Source: Planctomycetota bacterium (GTDB lineage Bacteria; Planctomycetota; UBA8108; UBA1146; JAJFFE01). Taken from it: a stretch of DNA of 64,000 nt. The translations under genes were made by a program, and so were the position numbers. Below are positions 1 through 8,496 of the stretch, piece by piece. The DNA lies in NCBI GenBank assembly GCA_021776775.1, contig JAJFFE010000316.1, positions 617-64,616 on the forward strand. The letters run 5' to 3'. Under the pieces are notes generated by a model. That model searched no databases. It saw only the letters and a list, made by a program, of their open reading frames with translations, and was not told the origin of the DNA. Positions within the stretch are counted from its first letter, which is position 1; each line of letters begins with the position of its first letter.

Positions 1-20
1 CGCGAGCATCTCTCTGATTC

Positions 21-443
21 TCAGTCCGCCCAGCGCGCAGTGATCTCCTTTTCGCCTTCGATGGTTCGGTGTACCGGGCACTTGTTCGCGATTTCGAGGA
101 GCCGTGCGCGTTGGTCGTCGTCGAGGTCTCCCTCGACGGTGATGATCCGCTCAATGCGGTCCACGCGCCCTTGTTCACTCTCACATGACTCGCAGTCTTT
201 GGCGTGGATCTTCGAGTGTTCCAGCCGGACCGAGATCTTCTCGACCGGCCACTTCTTCCGATCGGCGTACATGCGAAGCGTCATCGAGGTACACGTGCCG
301 AGCGCCGCCAGCAGAAGATCGTACGGGGTGGGGCCGGTGTCGAGCCCGCCGACGTCGGCGGGTTCATCGGCGAAGAAGGTGTGGTTTCCGGTGAGGACCT
401 CCTGCTGAAATCCCTTGCCCGTCTCGTTGACTGTGACGCTCAT
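21..443 (-). CDS. OsmC/Ohr-family peroxiredoxin-like protein
   Basis: Translation contains the OsmC-family core 'DTGPTPYDLLLAALGTCTSMTL' and is about 140 aa from the internal Met (MSVTVNETGKG). That Met is preceded by GGAACGGAACCACC-ATG. The ORF track extends to 533 (MESGG...), so the start is ambiguous. Confidence 0.8.
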   Translation of the reverse strand: MSVTVNETGKGFQQEVLTGNHTFFADEPADVGGLDTGPTPYDLLLAALGTCTSMTLRMYADRKKWPVEKISVRLEHSKIHAKDCESCESEQGRVDRIERIITVEGDLDDDQRARLLEIANKCPVHRTIEGEKEITARWAD

Positions 444-587
444 GGTGGTTCCGTTCCTGAGGAATCTGGCCGCTCGATTTCGTAGCAGCATAGGACGAGC
501 GAGATCTTCGCGCTCGGCTCCTCCAGATTCCACTCCTCGTCACAGAGTTACGGTCAGGCGCGGGCGGATAAGCACGGCAGGATGAGA

Positions 588-611
588 GGAAGGCCCCGTG
601 AAGGGCCTTCC
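588..611 (-). terminator. GC-rich hairpin downstream of the dockerin-module operon (putative terminator)
   Basis: Perfect inverted repeat ggaaggccc-cgtgaa-gggccttcc sits 38 nt past the stop of the 649..2508 gene. There is no clean U-tract, which is common in high-GC genomes. Confidence 0.35.
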
Positions 612-648
612 TAAGTGTCACATGATCGGCTGGGTCTGAATCACCCGA

Positions 649-2508
649 TCACGGGCAGTTGTCGAACTCGTCGCATGGTAATCGATCGGGGTTGGGCTCG
701 ACGCCGCAGGCGGCGAATGGCGCGGAGGGATCAGCGCCGCCATCGAACAGGCCGGTGAGCGCGAAAATCGGATCTCCGATATCGAGTCCGCCGTCAGCGT
801 TGATGTCCGCGGCGGCCGCGCATGGTGGTTCCGCCCCGGATTCGAAAAGGTGAGAGAGTAGGTAGATCGTGTCTGCGATGTCGTAGAGGCCGTCGTTGTT
901 CGCGTCGCCGCGCCGGAAGGGGACTTGGCTCGCAGCGACGGGTGCCACCGGGTTCAGCTCAACGTTGCCGTCGATCTCGGCCGGGTCGAGTGCCACTCCC
1001 GCGGAAATGAAGATGTTGGTGACGAGAGGTGTTCCGAGCGTCTCGGTCCAGGTAAGCGCAGCGTCGACGCTGTCGGAGAACCCGATCAGTTCGGCGGCGT
1101 TGGTCTGGTAAGCGACGGATACCAAACTCGCGGGGGCGTCGATCGTGATGGTCTCCGCGCCGAGGAAGCTGTAGACGGTGCCGAGCGTGACGCCGTCGGC
1201 GAACAGCGTCGCTTCGAAGTAGTCTGGACCGACCCCGCCGGCAAGTGCGGCGAGCGCGTTGACCGCAACGACGTTGGTCGCCTGAAGCGCGGTCTCCGGG
1301 TGCGCGAGTCCGAAGGAGAATCCTTGGGTGATCGTCGCGCCGGAGGCGTCGGAGAACAGGAGGTCGACCGAGAAGTTCGCGGCACCGGTGGCCGGGTCGA
1401 CGTCGATCGAGTGGTTTCCGGCGTCCATCACGAGGTCGCTACTCGTGGGTGGGTCAATCGGGCCACCACCACCCCCGGAGCCGCTATGCGGCGGCACGCC
1501 GGGCGGATTCGAGTCTTGGCTGTTGATGGTGATGAGTCCGTTGACCAACTCCGGCACGATCGGCTCGAGATCTTCCACCAACAACGTGTCGGTTTCCGGT
1601 ATGCCGACCGTGTCGCAGAACGCAATCTCGACGGCGGATCCGACCGGACCGACCAGGGAATACTCGACATCGAGAATTTCGAGGTCGTCTCCGACGGGAA
1701 GCACCACGCCGGCGAGGAAGCTGACCAAACAAAGGTTGAGCACGCCGTCGGAGTACGCCTCGGCGATCCAGAAGTCTGGATTGAGCGCCACGGTGTCGGC
1801 ACCCATGTTGGCCGAGATCGGATACAGGTCGTTTTCGTCGCTACAAATCGACATCGACCAGCCTCGAACCAACGACCCGCCATTATCGAACAGGACGGTG
1901 ACGTCGGCGCGTTCGTCGGCGGCGAACGTCGGAAGTTCGAAGCTGTAGTCACCGCTCCCCGTCGGCGGTGGGTCAATCGGTGGGTGCGGGTTGGGGTCAG
2001 TCGCGACGATCGTGATCGAGCCTGCGGTCGTCGTGGGTGTGATGGACACCATCTCGACGACCACCCACGGCAGTACGACCGGGGTGCCGAGCGTGCAAAT
2101 GGTCAACGGGCTGACTTCACCGGGAGCTCCGAGCATCGAGTACTCGATGTCGAGAACCTCCAAGCCGAAACCGACCGGGAAGACCTCGACGCTCATGAAG
2201 TCGACGATCATGCCGTACGTGACTCCGCCGCCTTCGAGATCGATCACGACAAAGTCCGGGTTCACCGCGACGACGTCGCTTCCCGGTTCCGCGGTTACGG
2301 GAAGCACCAGGGATGGCGTGCTGCACACGCCCATGGAGAATCCCCCTACGTTGCCACCCAGATTATCGAACTGTATGGTCGCGACGACTCGTTCGTCGCC
2401 GTCGACGTTCGGTGCGTTGAACGTGTAGTCACTGCTCTGGCAAAAGACAGTATCTGCGACAAAGAGCGTGCACAGAAGCACCGCTATCGCACGGGTTGTT
2501 CTCAGCAT
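649..2508 (-). CDS. Secreted protein with three ~170-aa cohesin-like tandem repeats and a C-terminal Cys-rich dockerin-like module
   Basis: N-terminal signal peptide MLRTTRAIAVLLCTLFVADTVFC. Three internal repeats start DYTFNAPNVDGDERVV.., DYSFELPTFAADERADV.. and DLVMDAGNHSIDVDPATG... Each carries AVNPDF / ALNPDF motifs reminiscent of the cohesin VYPD core. The protein ends RRGDANNDGLYDIADTIYLL...CAAAADINADGGLDIGDPIFAL...CDEFDNCP. Confidence 0.8.
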   Translation of the reverse strand: MLRTTRAIAVLLCTLFVADTVFCQSSDYTFNAPNVDGDERVVATIQFDNLGGNVGGFSMGVCSTPSLVLPVTAEPGSDVVAVNPDFVVIDLEGGGVTYGMIVDFMSVEVFPVGFGLEVLDIEYSMLGAPGEVSPLTICTLGTPVVLPWVVVEMVSITPTTTAGSITIVATDPNPHPPIDPPPTGSGDYSFELPTFAADERADVTVLFDNGGSLVRGWSMSICSDENDLYPISANMGADTVALNPDFWIAEAYSDGVLNLCLVSFLAGVVLPVGDDLEILDVEYSLVGPVGSAVEIAFCDTVGIPETDTLLVEDLEPIVPELVNGLITINSQDSNPPGVPPHSGSGGGGGPIDPPTSSDLVMDAGNHSIDVDPATGAANFSVDLLFSDASGATITQGFSFGLAHPETALQATNVVAVNALAALAGGVGPDYFEATLFADGVTLGTVYSFLGAETITIDAPASLVSVAYQTNAAELIGFSDSVDAALTWTETLGTPLVTNIFISAGVALDPAEIDGNVELNPVAPVAASQVPFRRGDANNDGLYDIADTIYLLSHLFESGAEPPCAAAADINADGGLDIGDPIFALTGLFDGGADPSAPFAACGVEPNPDRLPCDEFDNCP

Positions 2509-2521
2509 TCGGTGCTCCTTT

Positions 2522-2884
2522 CTACGGGCAAGCTACATAGGAATCGCAGGAGGTGAGGTCGGCGGTCGGATCGTCACCGCAGCTACTCGGCGGCGGAATC
2601 GGCGGAGATCCGGCGGTGAACAGGTCGGCCAGGAGCACGATGGGGTCGGCGATGTTGACTTCGCCATCGTCATTGATATCGGCGGCGTCGAGGCAGGGGA
2701 GGTCTGACTGACCCGATAGGAAGACCAAGCACTCTATGACGTCTGCGATGTTGATCGCGCCATCGCCTCCGATGTCACCCCGGACGAAGTCGTCCGCTAG
2801 CGCTTGATTCGGAGCGATCGAGACGACGACCGCCAGAGCAAGAGTCGCAAGCGCGCCCCCTAGGCTCTTGGAGAATTTCGACAT
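2522..2884 (-). CDS. Small secreted protein consisting only of signal peptide plus Cys-rich dockerin-like module
   Basis: Internal start MSKFSKSLGGALATLALAVVVSIAPNQALA (signal peptide) is preceded by GAGAGGAAACTCG-ATG. The remainder is VRGDIGGDGAINIADVIECL...CLDAADINDDGEVNIADPIVLL...CDSYVACP. The ORF track runs further upstream to 3034, but that N-terminal extension lacks a signal peptide. Confidence 0.7.
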   Translation of the reverse strand: MSKFSKSLGGALATLALAVVVSIAPNQALADDFVRGDIGGDGAINIADVIECLVFLSGQSDLPCLDAADINDDGEVNIADPIVLLADLFTAGSPPIPPPSSCGDDPTADLTSCDSYVACP

Positions 2885-3000
2885 CGAGTTTCCTCTCACG
2901 AGCAAAATTTTCGTTCTGCGTCCCTGCAGAGCGTTCACACAGATGATCCCGTGCTCCGCCTCCCGGTGACGAAGAAGTGGAGATAGATTTACGTTTCGCA

Positions 3001-4401
3001 TCATGGCGCGCACGACGTTGCCGGGTAGTAGCAATAGGGGAGAGTGTCGTCGGTCGAGTCAGCCGTGCACGGGCCGAAGGGGCTGCCCGTCGAGAAGAGT
3101 CCGTCCAAGATTTGAATGACGTCTCCGATCCCCATCGTGCCGTCGTCGTCGAAGTCGGCGGCGTCTTGACAGGTGGGAGTAGCGTCGTCGCCGAAGAGTG
3201 CCCCGAGTAGCAGAATCGGATCGGCGAGGTCAATCACGCCGTCGCCCGTGGCATCTCCGCGCCGGAAGTTGGTGATCGACGGAGTCGAGGCGTTGACGAA
3301 CACTTGCAGACTATTGGCGACCGAGTTCGCGACCACGACATCCAGGGCTCCGTCGCTGTTGACGTCGATCGATGTGAGAGAGACGCAGTTCGATTCGGTC
3401 GAAAAGACGACGGCGGCATCGAACCCACCAGAAAGGTCCCCTTCGTTGAACGACAACTCGTCACTGCCCGCGTTGACTGCCGCGACATCGATAGCGCCGT
3501 TCAAAGTGAAATCCGCGAGCAGGGTCGCTCGGGGTTGTTGACCCGCGGTCAGCGATACCGATGGAGCGAACCCTCCACCGGGCGTGGCGAGCATGAACGT
3601 AATGATGTCTTGGTTCGGGCAGGGAATGACCAGGTCCAAGAGGCCGTCTTGATTCAGGTCGTGCGTCGAGATGAACCAGATTGAATCGTCGATGCCGAGG
3701 TTGAACGGAACGATGGTCGGGAAGCCGCCGGTGCCGTCGCCGTGAAGCAAGCCGAAGGTGCTGTCCGTCGAGTTGCTGACCACGAGGTCGAGGTGGCTAT
3801 CGCCAGTGAACTCTCCGGACACCACGAACACCGGCGTCGTCAGGAACGCCAAGCCGAGGCTCGCCGAAAACGTGCCGTCCCCGTTTCCGTAGAACACTCG
3901 GAGCAAGTCGTCGCCGTGCGCCGTCACCGCGAGGTCGACCGAGCCGTCTTCGTTCAGGTCAGCGGTTGCCAAAGACGTTGGCGCGTTCCCGCATGGTATC
4001 GGTGTCTGTGGGATGAACGTCCCGTCGCCAACCCCGAGCAGCACCGTGAAGGACGCGTCGAAGATGTTGGCTGCGATCAGGTCGAGTACGGCGTCGTTGT
4101 TGACATCGTCGACGACCAAGAAGAACGGCGAGCCCGTGGCATACTCGACCATCGGCCCGAATCCACCGGTCCCGTCTCCCAGCGTGATCACTACGGAGGA
4201 GCCGAGGGTGCTCGCGATGGCAAGGTCCACGTGGCCGTCTCCGTCGAAGTCTCCCGAGACGACGCTTTGCGGAGTCTCCACACTTAGTGCTGCCGATTCC
4301 GCGAACTCGACGTCTCCGTGGCTCACGCCCGTCAAGCTTGCGAGTAACAGCGCCACGACCAGCACACGGCGACAGCTGTCGCGTATGGCTTTCGTTCTCA
4401 T
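3001..4401 (-). CDS. Secreted FG-GAP/VCBS-repeat beta-propeller protein with C-terminal Cys-rich dockerin-like module
   Basis: Signal peptide present. Repeated FG-GAP signatures: GDFDGDGHVDL, ADLNEDGSVDLAV, GEFTGDSHLDLVV, HDLNQDGLLDLV, IDVNSDGALDVVV. C-terminus RRGDATGDGVIDLADPILLL...CQDAADFDDDGTMGIGDVIQIL...CYYPATSCAP. The start overlaps the upstream gene stop by 4 nt (ATGA). Confidence 0.85.
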   Translation of the reverse strand: MRTKAIRDSCRRVLVVALLLASLTGVSHGDVEFAESAALSVETPQSVVSGDFDGDGHVDLAIASTLGSSVVITLGDGTGGFGPMVEYATGSPFFLVVDDVNNDAVLDLIAANIFDASFTVLLGVGDGTFIPQTPIPCGNAPTSLATADLNEDGSVDLAVTAHGDDLLRVFYGNGDGTFSASLGLAFLTTPVFVVSGEFTGDSHLDLVVSNSTDSTFGLLHGDGTGGFPTIVPFNLGIDDSIWFISTHDLNQDGLLDLVIPCPNQDIITFMLATPGGGFAPSVSLTAGQQPRATLLADFTLNGAIDVAAVNAGSDELSFNEGDLSGGFDAAVVFSTESNCVSLTSIDVNSDGALDVVVANSVANSLQVFVNASTPSITNFRRGDATGDGVIDLADPILLLGALFGDDATPTCQDAADFDDDGTMGIGDVIQILDGLFSTGSPFGPCTADSTDDTLPYCYYPATSCAP

Positions 4402-7289
4402 CGTTTCTCCTCCTCGTTCCCCGTTGTTGTCAGATTCAAAGAACGGTCGTCATAGTTGACCTGCAGGGTTGCGATAACACTGAGTTGGTTGGCCGGAGCG
4501 ACACTGACTTGTGCCCGTTCGCCACGCGGCCCGTCTCGCAGCGATACGGAGTAGTTGCCCGTTCCGAGGAAGTCGAATGTGACCTCTCCTTGGTCATCCG
4601 TTCGACCCAGATACACCGCGTCTGCGATATCCCACACTTCGGGGGTGATCCAGAGGTCGCGATGACCCAACGGCACTCCCGTCGTGTTGCTGATCCGGAG
4701 GGTGCGAGCGACGCGGGGTTCGAGCACGATTGGAATCGTGTCCGAGGCCGTCCACACGTAGAACGCGGCGGCATACTCTCGTGTGTAGACCATTCCGCGC
4801 GCGCCGAGGATCGCGGATCCGTCGTGAATCTTGCGCGGCCATCCGTCGAGGCCACCGAAGACAATGACCTCTTCGGTCGTCGGGTAGTCGCGGGGCAGCA
4901 GCACCAAGTTGCTGAGCGTGCGAATCGGTTGTCCGGTCGTGGATCGGAAATCCAACCGTCCGATGCGGTGAGTCGACGTGCGATCGACCACGAGGTCGAG
5001 GGTGTCGCCGACTTTGGCTCGGCACGTGTTTCTGGAGCCGAGGAACCCGAACCGGGGAACGTCGGCGTTGTTTGAGCGGATGAGATCGAACGGTCGCTCG
5101 ACCGCGAGCAGCAGTCCATGCGTGGCGCGCGTGCTTTCGTCACCGCGACTGGAAGTCTCGGCCAGGGCGCCCCAGCGTAGATCGTTGCGAGTCGCACGGA
5201 CCGGGGGGAGTTGACCGAACCCACCGAGTTCGAACCGCCCCTCGGCGTCGGTCGTGATGGACGGCCCCCAAAGTTCATCACCGAGAATGGACCCGATTTG
5301 CAGCGCCACGTCGGCGACCGGGGCGCCCGATCGATCGCGGACCGTGCCTCGGATGAACTCGCCGGCTCGCATTTCAACATCCGCGCGACGCGTTTCGTGG
5401 GCGACGAGATCCGAGATCGCGAACTCATCGCAGCGGTACTCGGCGTGCCAACCGGTGAGGAGGTAGTCGCCTTCCGCCACGCCCGTGAAGCGGTAGAGAC
5501 CGTCGTTATCGCTGGTCGCTTCGGGGAGGTCTCGCGCGAAGAACGTCCCCGTCTGTGGAATCAGGCGCATGCGAAGTCCCGCGAGCGCGGCGCCGTCCGG
5601 CGAAGTCGCGCGCCCTTCGACCACCGCGCCGTCGTCGAGCACGATGAGCGTTTGGTCCGTTGCCTTCAGCGCGCTCTGTGTCGTCGGGTGGTGGGGGTGG
5701 CGTACCGTGACTGCTACCGGCTCGTTTTCGGTGACGGCCAACAGGGTAACGATCCCTTCTTCGTCGCTGTGCGTCGTGAGGGGTGTTCCACGCCACTGCT
5801 TCGTTCGCATTTCGACGACGGCGCCGACCACCGGGACGCCGCGTTCGTCGACCACCGTGCAGTCCCAGGACTCTCCGCGTCGTAGTCGAACCGTGGACGA
5901 CGGTGCTCTTGCGACATCGCTTGCGGCCGCGCACCCATCCGTCTGAATGGAGTAGAAGACGGCGTTCGACTCCCACGAGAATTGCACCCGGCCGTCACGA
6001 TCTGAAACGAGAGTCTCGTACGTTCCCGACGCCGACGGTCCAACCGTGACGGGGACGCGAGCGAGTGGCCGGTCTTGCTCGTCGAGCACTTCGATCGAGC
6101 ACGTCATCGCTGGGTCGAGAACGATCACATACGGAGACGCGTCGGTCGTCCGCGATCGGCACGGCTCGCGATACTCTTGGAATCCCGTCGCTCTCACCGC
6201 AAGTCGCGCCGATGCAAACTCGGTCACGTCGACGGCGATGTATCCGTCCTCGTCGGTGACGCCGACGACTGCCGAAGCGAACGGCTGAGACAGAATGGAA
6301 GGAGCGTCGCGACCTCCGGAGGTGAGCGCGGAGACCATTCGCAGTTGTCCCGTCGAGACCGTGGCTCCGCGAATCGGCGTGCCCCCGATCGCGTTGAGCA
6401 CGCGGACTTGCTGTGTGCTTGCGGACGGCACCAGGGAGTTTGTCGCGACACCTTGTTCGGTCAGGTCGCGGGTAGACCTCGAGGCGTGATCACTGCCGCG
6501 AGTCGCGGTCGCACCCAAACCGTTGCCGGTAGACGTCGGCTGATTCGCAGCCGTCGGGTCCATCACGGTCGGTGAACCGCCGGGCGTGCCGTCCCAGAAA
6601 AGCCACACCAGAACGGCCAACGTCAACAGCGTGAGCGCGATCACTTTGCCTCGGCTGCGCATGGCTCGGTGATCCGTCGCGCGCGCCGTCGATGAACTTC
6701 CAGAGTCCCACGGAGCCGACTCGCGAAGCTGGTCGAGTAGTACCGGTTCTATCCCCGGCCCGACGCCGCCGAGCAGAATCAAGAACGCGAGTCGACGATC
6801 TCCATCTTCGCTCGTGAACTTCTCGCGCAATAGCGCGAGGCCACGCTTGATCTGCACCCGAACCGTGTTCGTCGCAACGCCGCGAATCTCGCCGATCTCC
6901 GCGGCGGTGTGCCCCCCGTAGAAGTGGAGCGTCACGACGCTTCGATACGGCTCGCGCAGGCTTAGTACATCTTGCGTCAGCGTCTTGCGCAGTTCGCGCG
7001 CTTCACACGGATCGTCGCCAGGGTCGATGGCTTCCGGGCGCGCGGTCGCTTGTTCGCGGTTTCGGCGACGCCCGCTCTCCCGAAACGATCGTCGCGCAAA
7101 GTTGCGCAGTACCGTGGACAGCCACGATGTCAGTTTTTCGCGCTGTTCGGGGGGCTTGCCGAGGGCGGCGACGTAGGTCATCTGCACAATGTCGTCGGCG
7201 GCACTCTCGTCGCGAACCAAGCTGCGGGCCAGTTTCTGCAGCCAGTCGGAGTGAGAGATCAGCTCTTGTTCGAGCATGTCCGGTGGCAT
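4398..7289 (-). CDS. ECF sigma factor fused to a transmembrane helix and a large extracytoplasmic CarboxypepD_reg-like repeat domain
   Basis: N-terminal ~180 aa has sigma-70 region 2 (DDIVQMTYVAAL) and region 4 HTH (LREPYRSVVTLHFYGGHTAAEIGEIRGVATNTVRVQIKRGLALLREKF). The frame then continues with no stop into MRSRGKVIALTLLTLAVLVWLFW (TM helix) and ~750 aa holding at least 5 Ig-like units of CarboxypepD_reg type (e.g. IRGTVRDRSGAPVADVALQIGS...TTDAEGRFEL). Confidence 0.8.
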   Translation of the reverse strand: MPPDMLEQELISHSDWLQKLARSLVRDESAADDIVQMTYVAALGKPPEQREKLTSWLSTVLRNFARRSFRESGRRRNREQATARPEAIDPGDDPCEARELRKTLTQDVLSLREPYRSVVTLHFYGGHTAAEIGEIRGVATNTVRVQIKRGLALLREKFTSEDGDRRLAFLILLGGVGPGIEPVLLDQLRESAPWDSGSSSTARATDHRAMRSRGKVIALTLLTLAVLVWLFWDGTPGGSPTVMDPTAANQPTSTGNGLGATATRGSDHASRSTRDLTEQGVATNSLVPSASTQQVRVLNAIGGTPIRGATVSTGQLRMVSALTSGGRDAPSILSQPFASAVVGVTDEDGYIAVDVTEFASARLAVRATGFQEYREPCRSRTTDASPYVIVLDPAMTCSIEVLDEQDRPLARVPVTVGPSASGTYETLVSDRDGRVQFSWESNAVFYSIQTDGCAAASDVARAPSSTVRLRRGESWDCTVVDERGVPVVGAVVEMRTKQWRGTPLTTHSDEEGIVTLLAVTENEPVAVTVRHPHHPTTQSALKATDQTLIVLDDGAVVEGRATSPDGAALAGLRMRLIPQTGTFFARDLPEATSDNDGLYRFTGVAEGDYLLTGWHAEYRCDEFAISDLVAHETRRADVEMRAGEFIRGTVRDRSGAPVADVALQIGSILGDELWGPSITTDAEGRFELGGFGQLPPVRATRNDLRWGALAETSSRGDESTRATHGLLLAVERPFDLIRSNNADVPRFGFLGSRNTCRAKVGDTLDLVVDRTSTHRIGRLDFRSTTGQPIRTLSNLVLLPRDYPTTEEVIVFGGLDGWPRKIHDGSAILGARGMVYTREYAAAFYVWTASDTIPIVLEPRVARTLRISNTTGVPLGHRDLWITPEVWDIADAVYLGRTDDQGEVTFDFLGTGNYSVSLRDGPRGERAQVSVAPANQLSVIATLQVNYDDRSLNLTTTGNEEEKR

Positions 7290-7671
7290 TGAAGAAGCCC
7301 CTCACCCATGGCCAGTCCCACGCGAGACCGGCAGAGAACTCGCCTGCACAACGCGTCGGTACGACGTTGTGAAGACGCAGGTTACGACAGTCCGAATGTA
7401 GCCCCAAAACGACGCTGCGCAATCGACTTGGCGGGACCTCGCCGCCGAAGCCCTCGGGGCGCGATCCGTTGGGCTCACCCGACTTGCGACTCCCATCGCC
7501 CGTCAACGTACCACGCGGCGAGAGGAACCCGAGTCGGCCAGGCCTATTGAGCGACATCCCGTGACTGAGAGAGGCGTGACAATAAACTGGGAAAACTTTC
7601 CCCGGCCAGTGATTCTCGCCTCGGTAGGATCCACGCCTGGCAGACCTTTCAACTTTCACTGAGGAGCCCCC

Positions 7672-7839
7672 ATGTCCCCGACTGAAACGGCCATCCCGCA
7701 AAAAGAGTTCGACCGTATCGCCGCGATGATCCACAGCGACGCGAGTCCGGTCGGCATCGACGCCAAGACCACCCACGTGATCATCATCCACAAGCTCGAG
7801 TCCATCGAGCGCCGTCTCACCGAACTCGAAGCTCGTTGA
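7672..7839 (+). CDS. Small hypothetical protein (55 aa) upstream of ECF sigma gene
   Basis: Not in the ORF track (below its length cutoff). ATG is preceded by a strong SD ACTGAGGAGCCCCC-ATG. Translation MSPTETAIPQKEFDRIAAMIHSDASPVGIDAKTTHVIIIHKLESIERRLTELEAR. Lies 66 nt upstream of the sigma gene on the same strand. Confidence 0.4.
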   Translation: MSPTETAIPQKEFDRIAAMIHSDASPVGIDAKTTHVIIIHKLESIERRLTELEAR

Positions 7840-7905
7840 ACTCCGTCAAGTCCCCCGTGAGCGGACTCGTCCGGGCGGGCGTCTTGGCAGTATCCTGAGT
7901 GTCCC

Positions 7906-8496
7906 ATGACTGAGCACGACGATAGTGACGAACGAGTGCGAACCGTAACTCGCCTTCTCGGCGCCTTGGACGACATCCCCGGGGAACCGTCGGAGGCGTT
8001 GCTGCCCATCGTGTACGAAGAGCTTCGCGCTATCGCACGCCGTCGCATGGTGGAAGAGCCGGCCGGGCACACCCTGCAAGGGACCGCACTGGTCCACGAA
8101 GCGTTTCTTCGTCTCGTCAAAGACGAAGGAGCCCGCTGGCAGAATCGTCGCCACTTCTTCGCCGCGGCCGCAGAGGCGATGCGCCGCATCCTGATCGAGC
8201 GCGCGCGCCGCGTTTCGCGGGTGAAGCGCGGAGTTGACCGACGCCGCGTGGACATCGATGAGATCGAGGTCACGGCCGAACCGCAGAGCCACAGCCTTCT
8301 CGATCTAGATGAAGCGCTGATCGAGTTCGAGTCACGCTTCCCCGACAAGGCGAAGATCGTCAAACTGCGCTACTTCGCAGGGCTGACCGCCGCGGAAACA
8401 GCAGACGTCATCGGTGTTGCGGAGATCACCGTGCACAAGCAGTGGCGCTTCGCGCGCGCGTGGTTGCTGCGCTTCCTCGGCGGCGCTGCTCAATAG
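7906..8496 (+). CDS. ECF-type RNA polymerase sigma factor (planctomycete Sigma70_ECF / PF07638-like)
   Basis: 196 aa. Region-2-like LPIVYEELRAIARRRM...ALVHEAFLRL. C-terminal HTH KIVKLRYFAGLTAAETADVIGVAEITVHKQWRFARAWL. This architecture is typical of the kinase-associated ECF group. Confidence 0.85.
   Translation: MTEHDDSDERVRTVTRLLGALDDIPGEPSEALLPIVYEELRAIARRRMVEEPAGHTLQGTALVHEAFLRLVKDEGARWQNRRHFFAAAAEAMRRILIERARRVSRVKRGVDRRRVDIDEIEVTAEPQSHSLLDLDEALIEFESRFPDKAKIVKLRYFAGLTAAETADVIGVAEITVHKQWRFARAWLLRFLGGAAQ

Noticed and set aside
649-915. C-terminal Cys/CP module as a membrane-sorting signal (PEP-CTERM, MYXO-CTERM, T9SS CTD, LPXTG)
   Set aside because: No hydrophobic TM stretch or basic tail follows. 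The module has two DxDxDG-type loops with amphipathic helices, so it fits an interaction/Ca-binding domain better.
925-2556. 543-aa plus-strand ORF antisense to the 3-repeat secreted protein gene
   Set aside because: Arg/Gly/Asp/Val-rich low-complexity translation. Typical shadow ORF in high-GC DNA. The minus-strand gene has a signal peptide, repeats and a conserved module.
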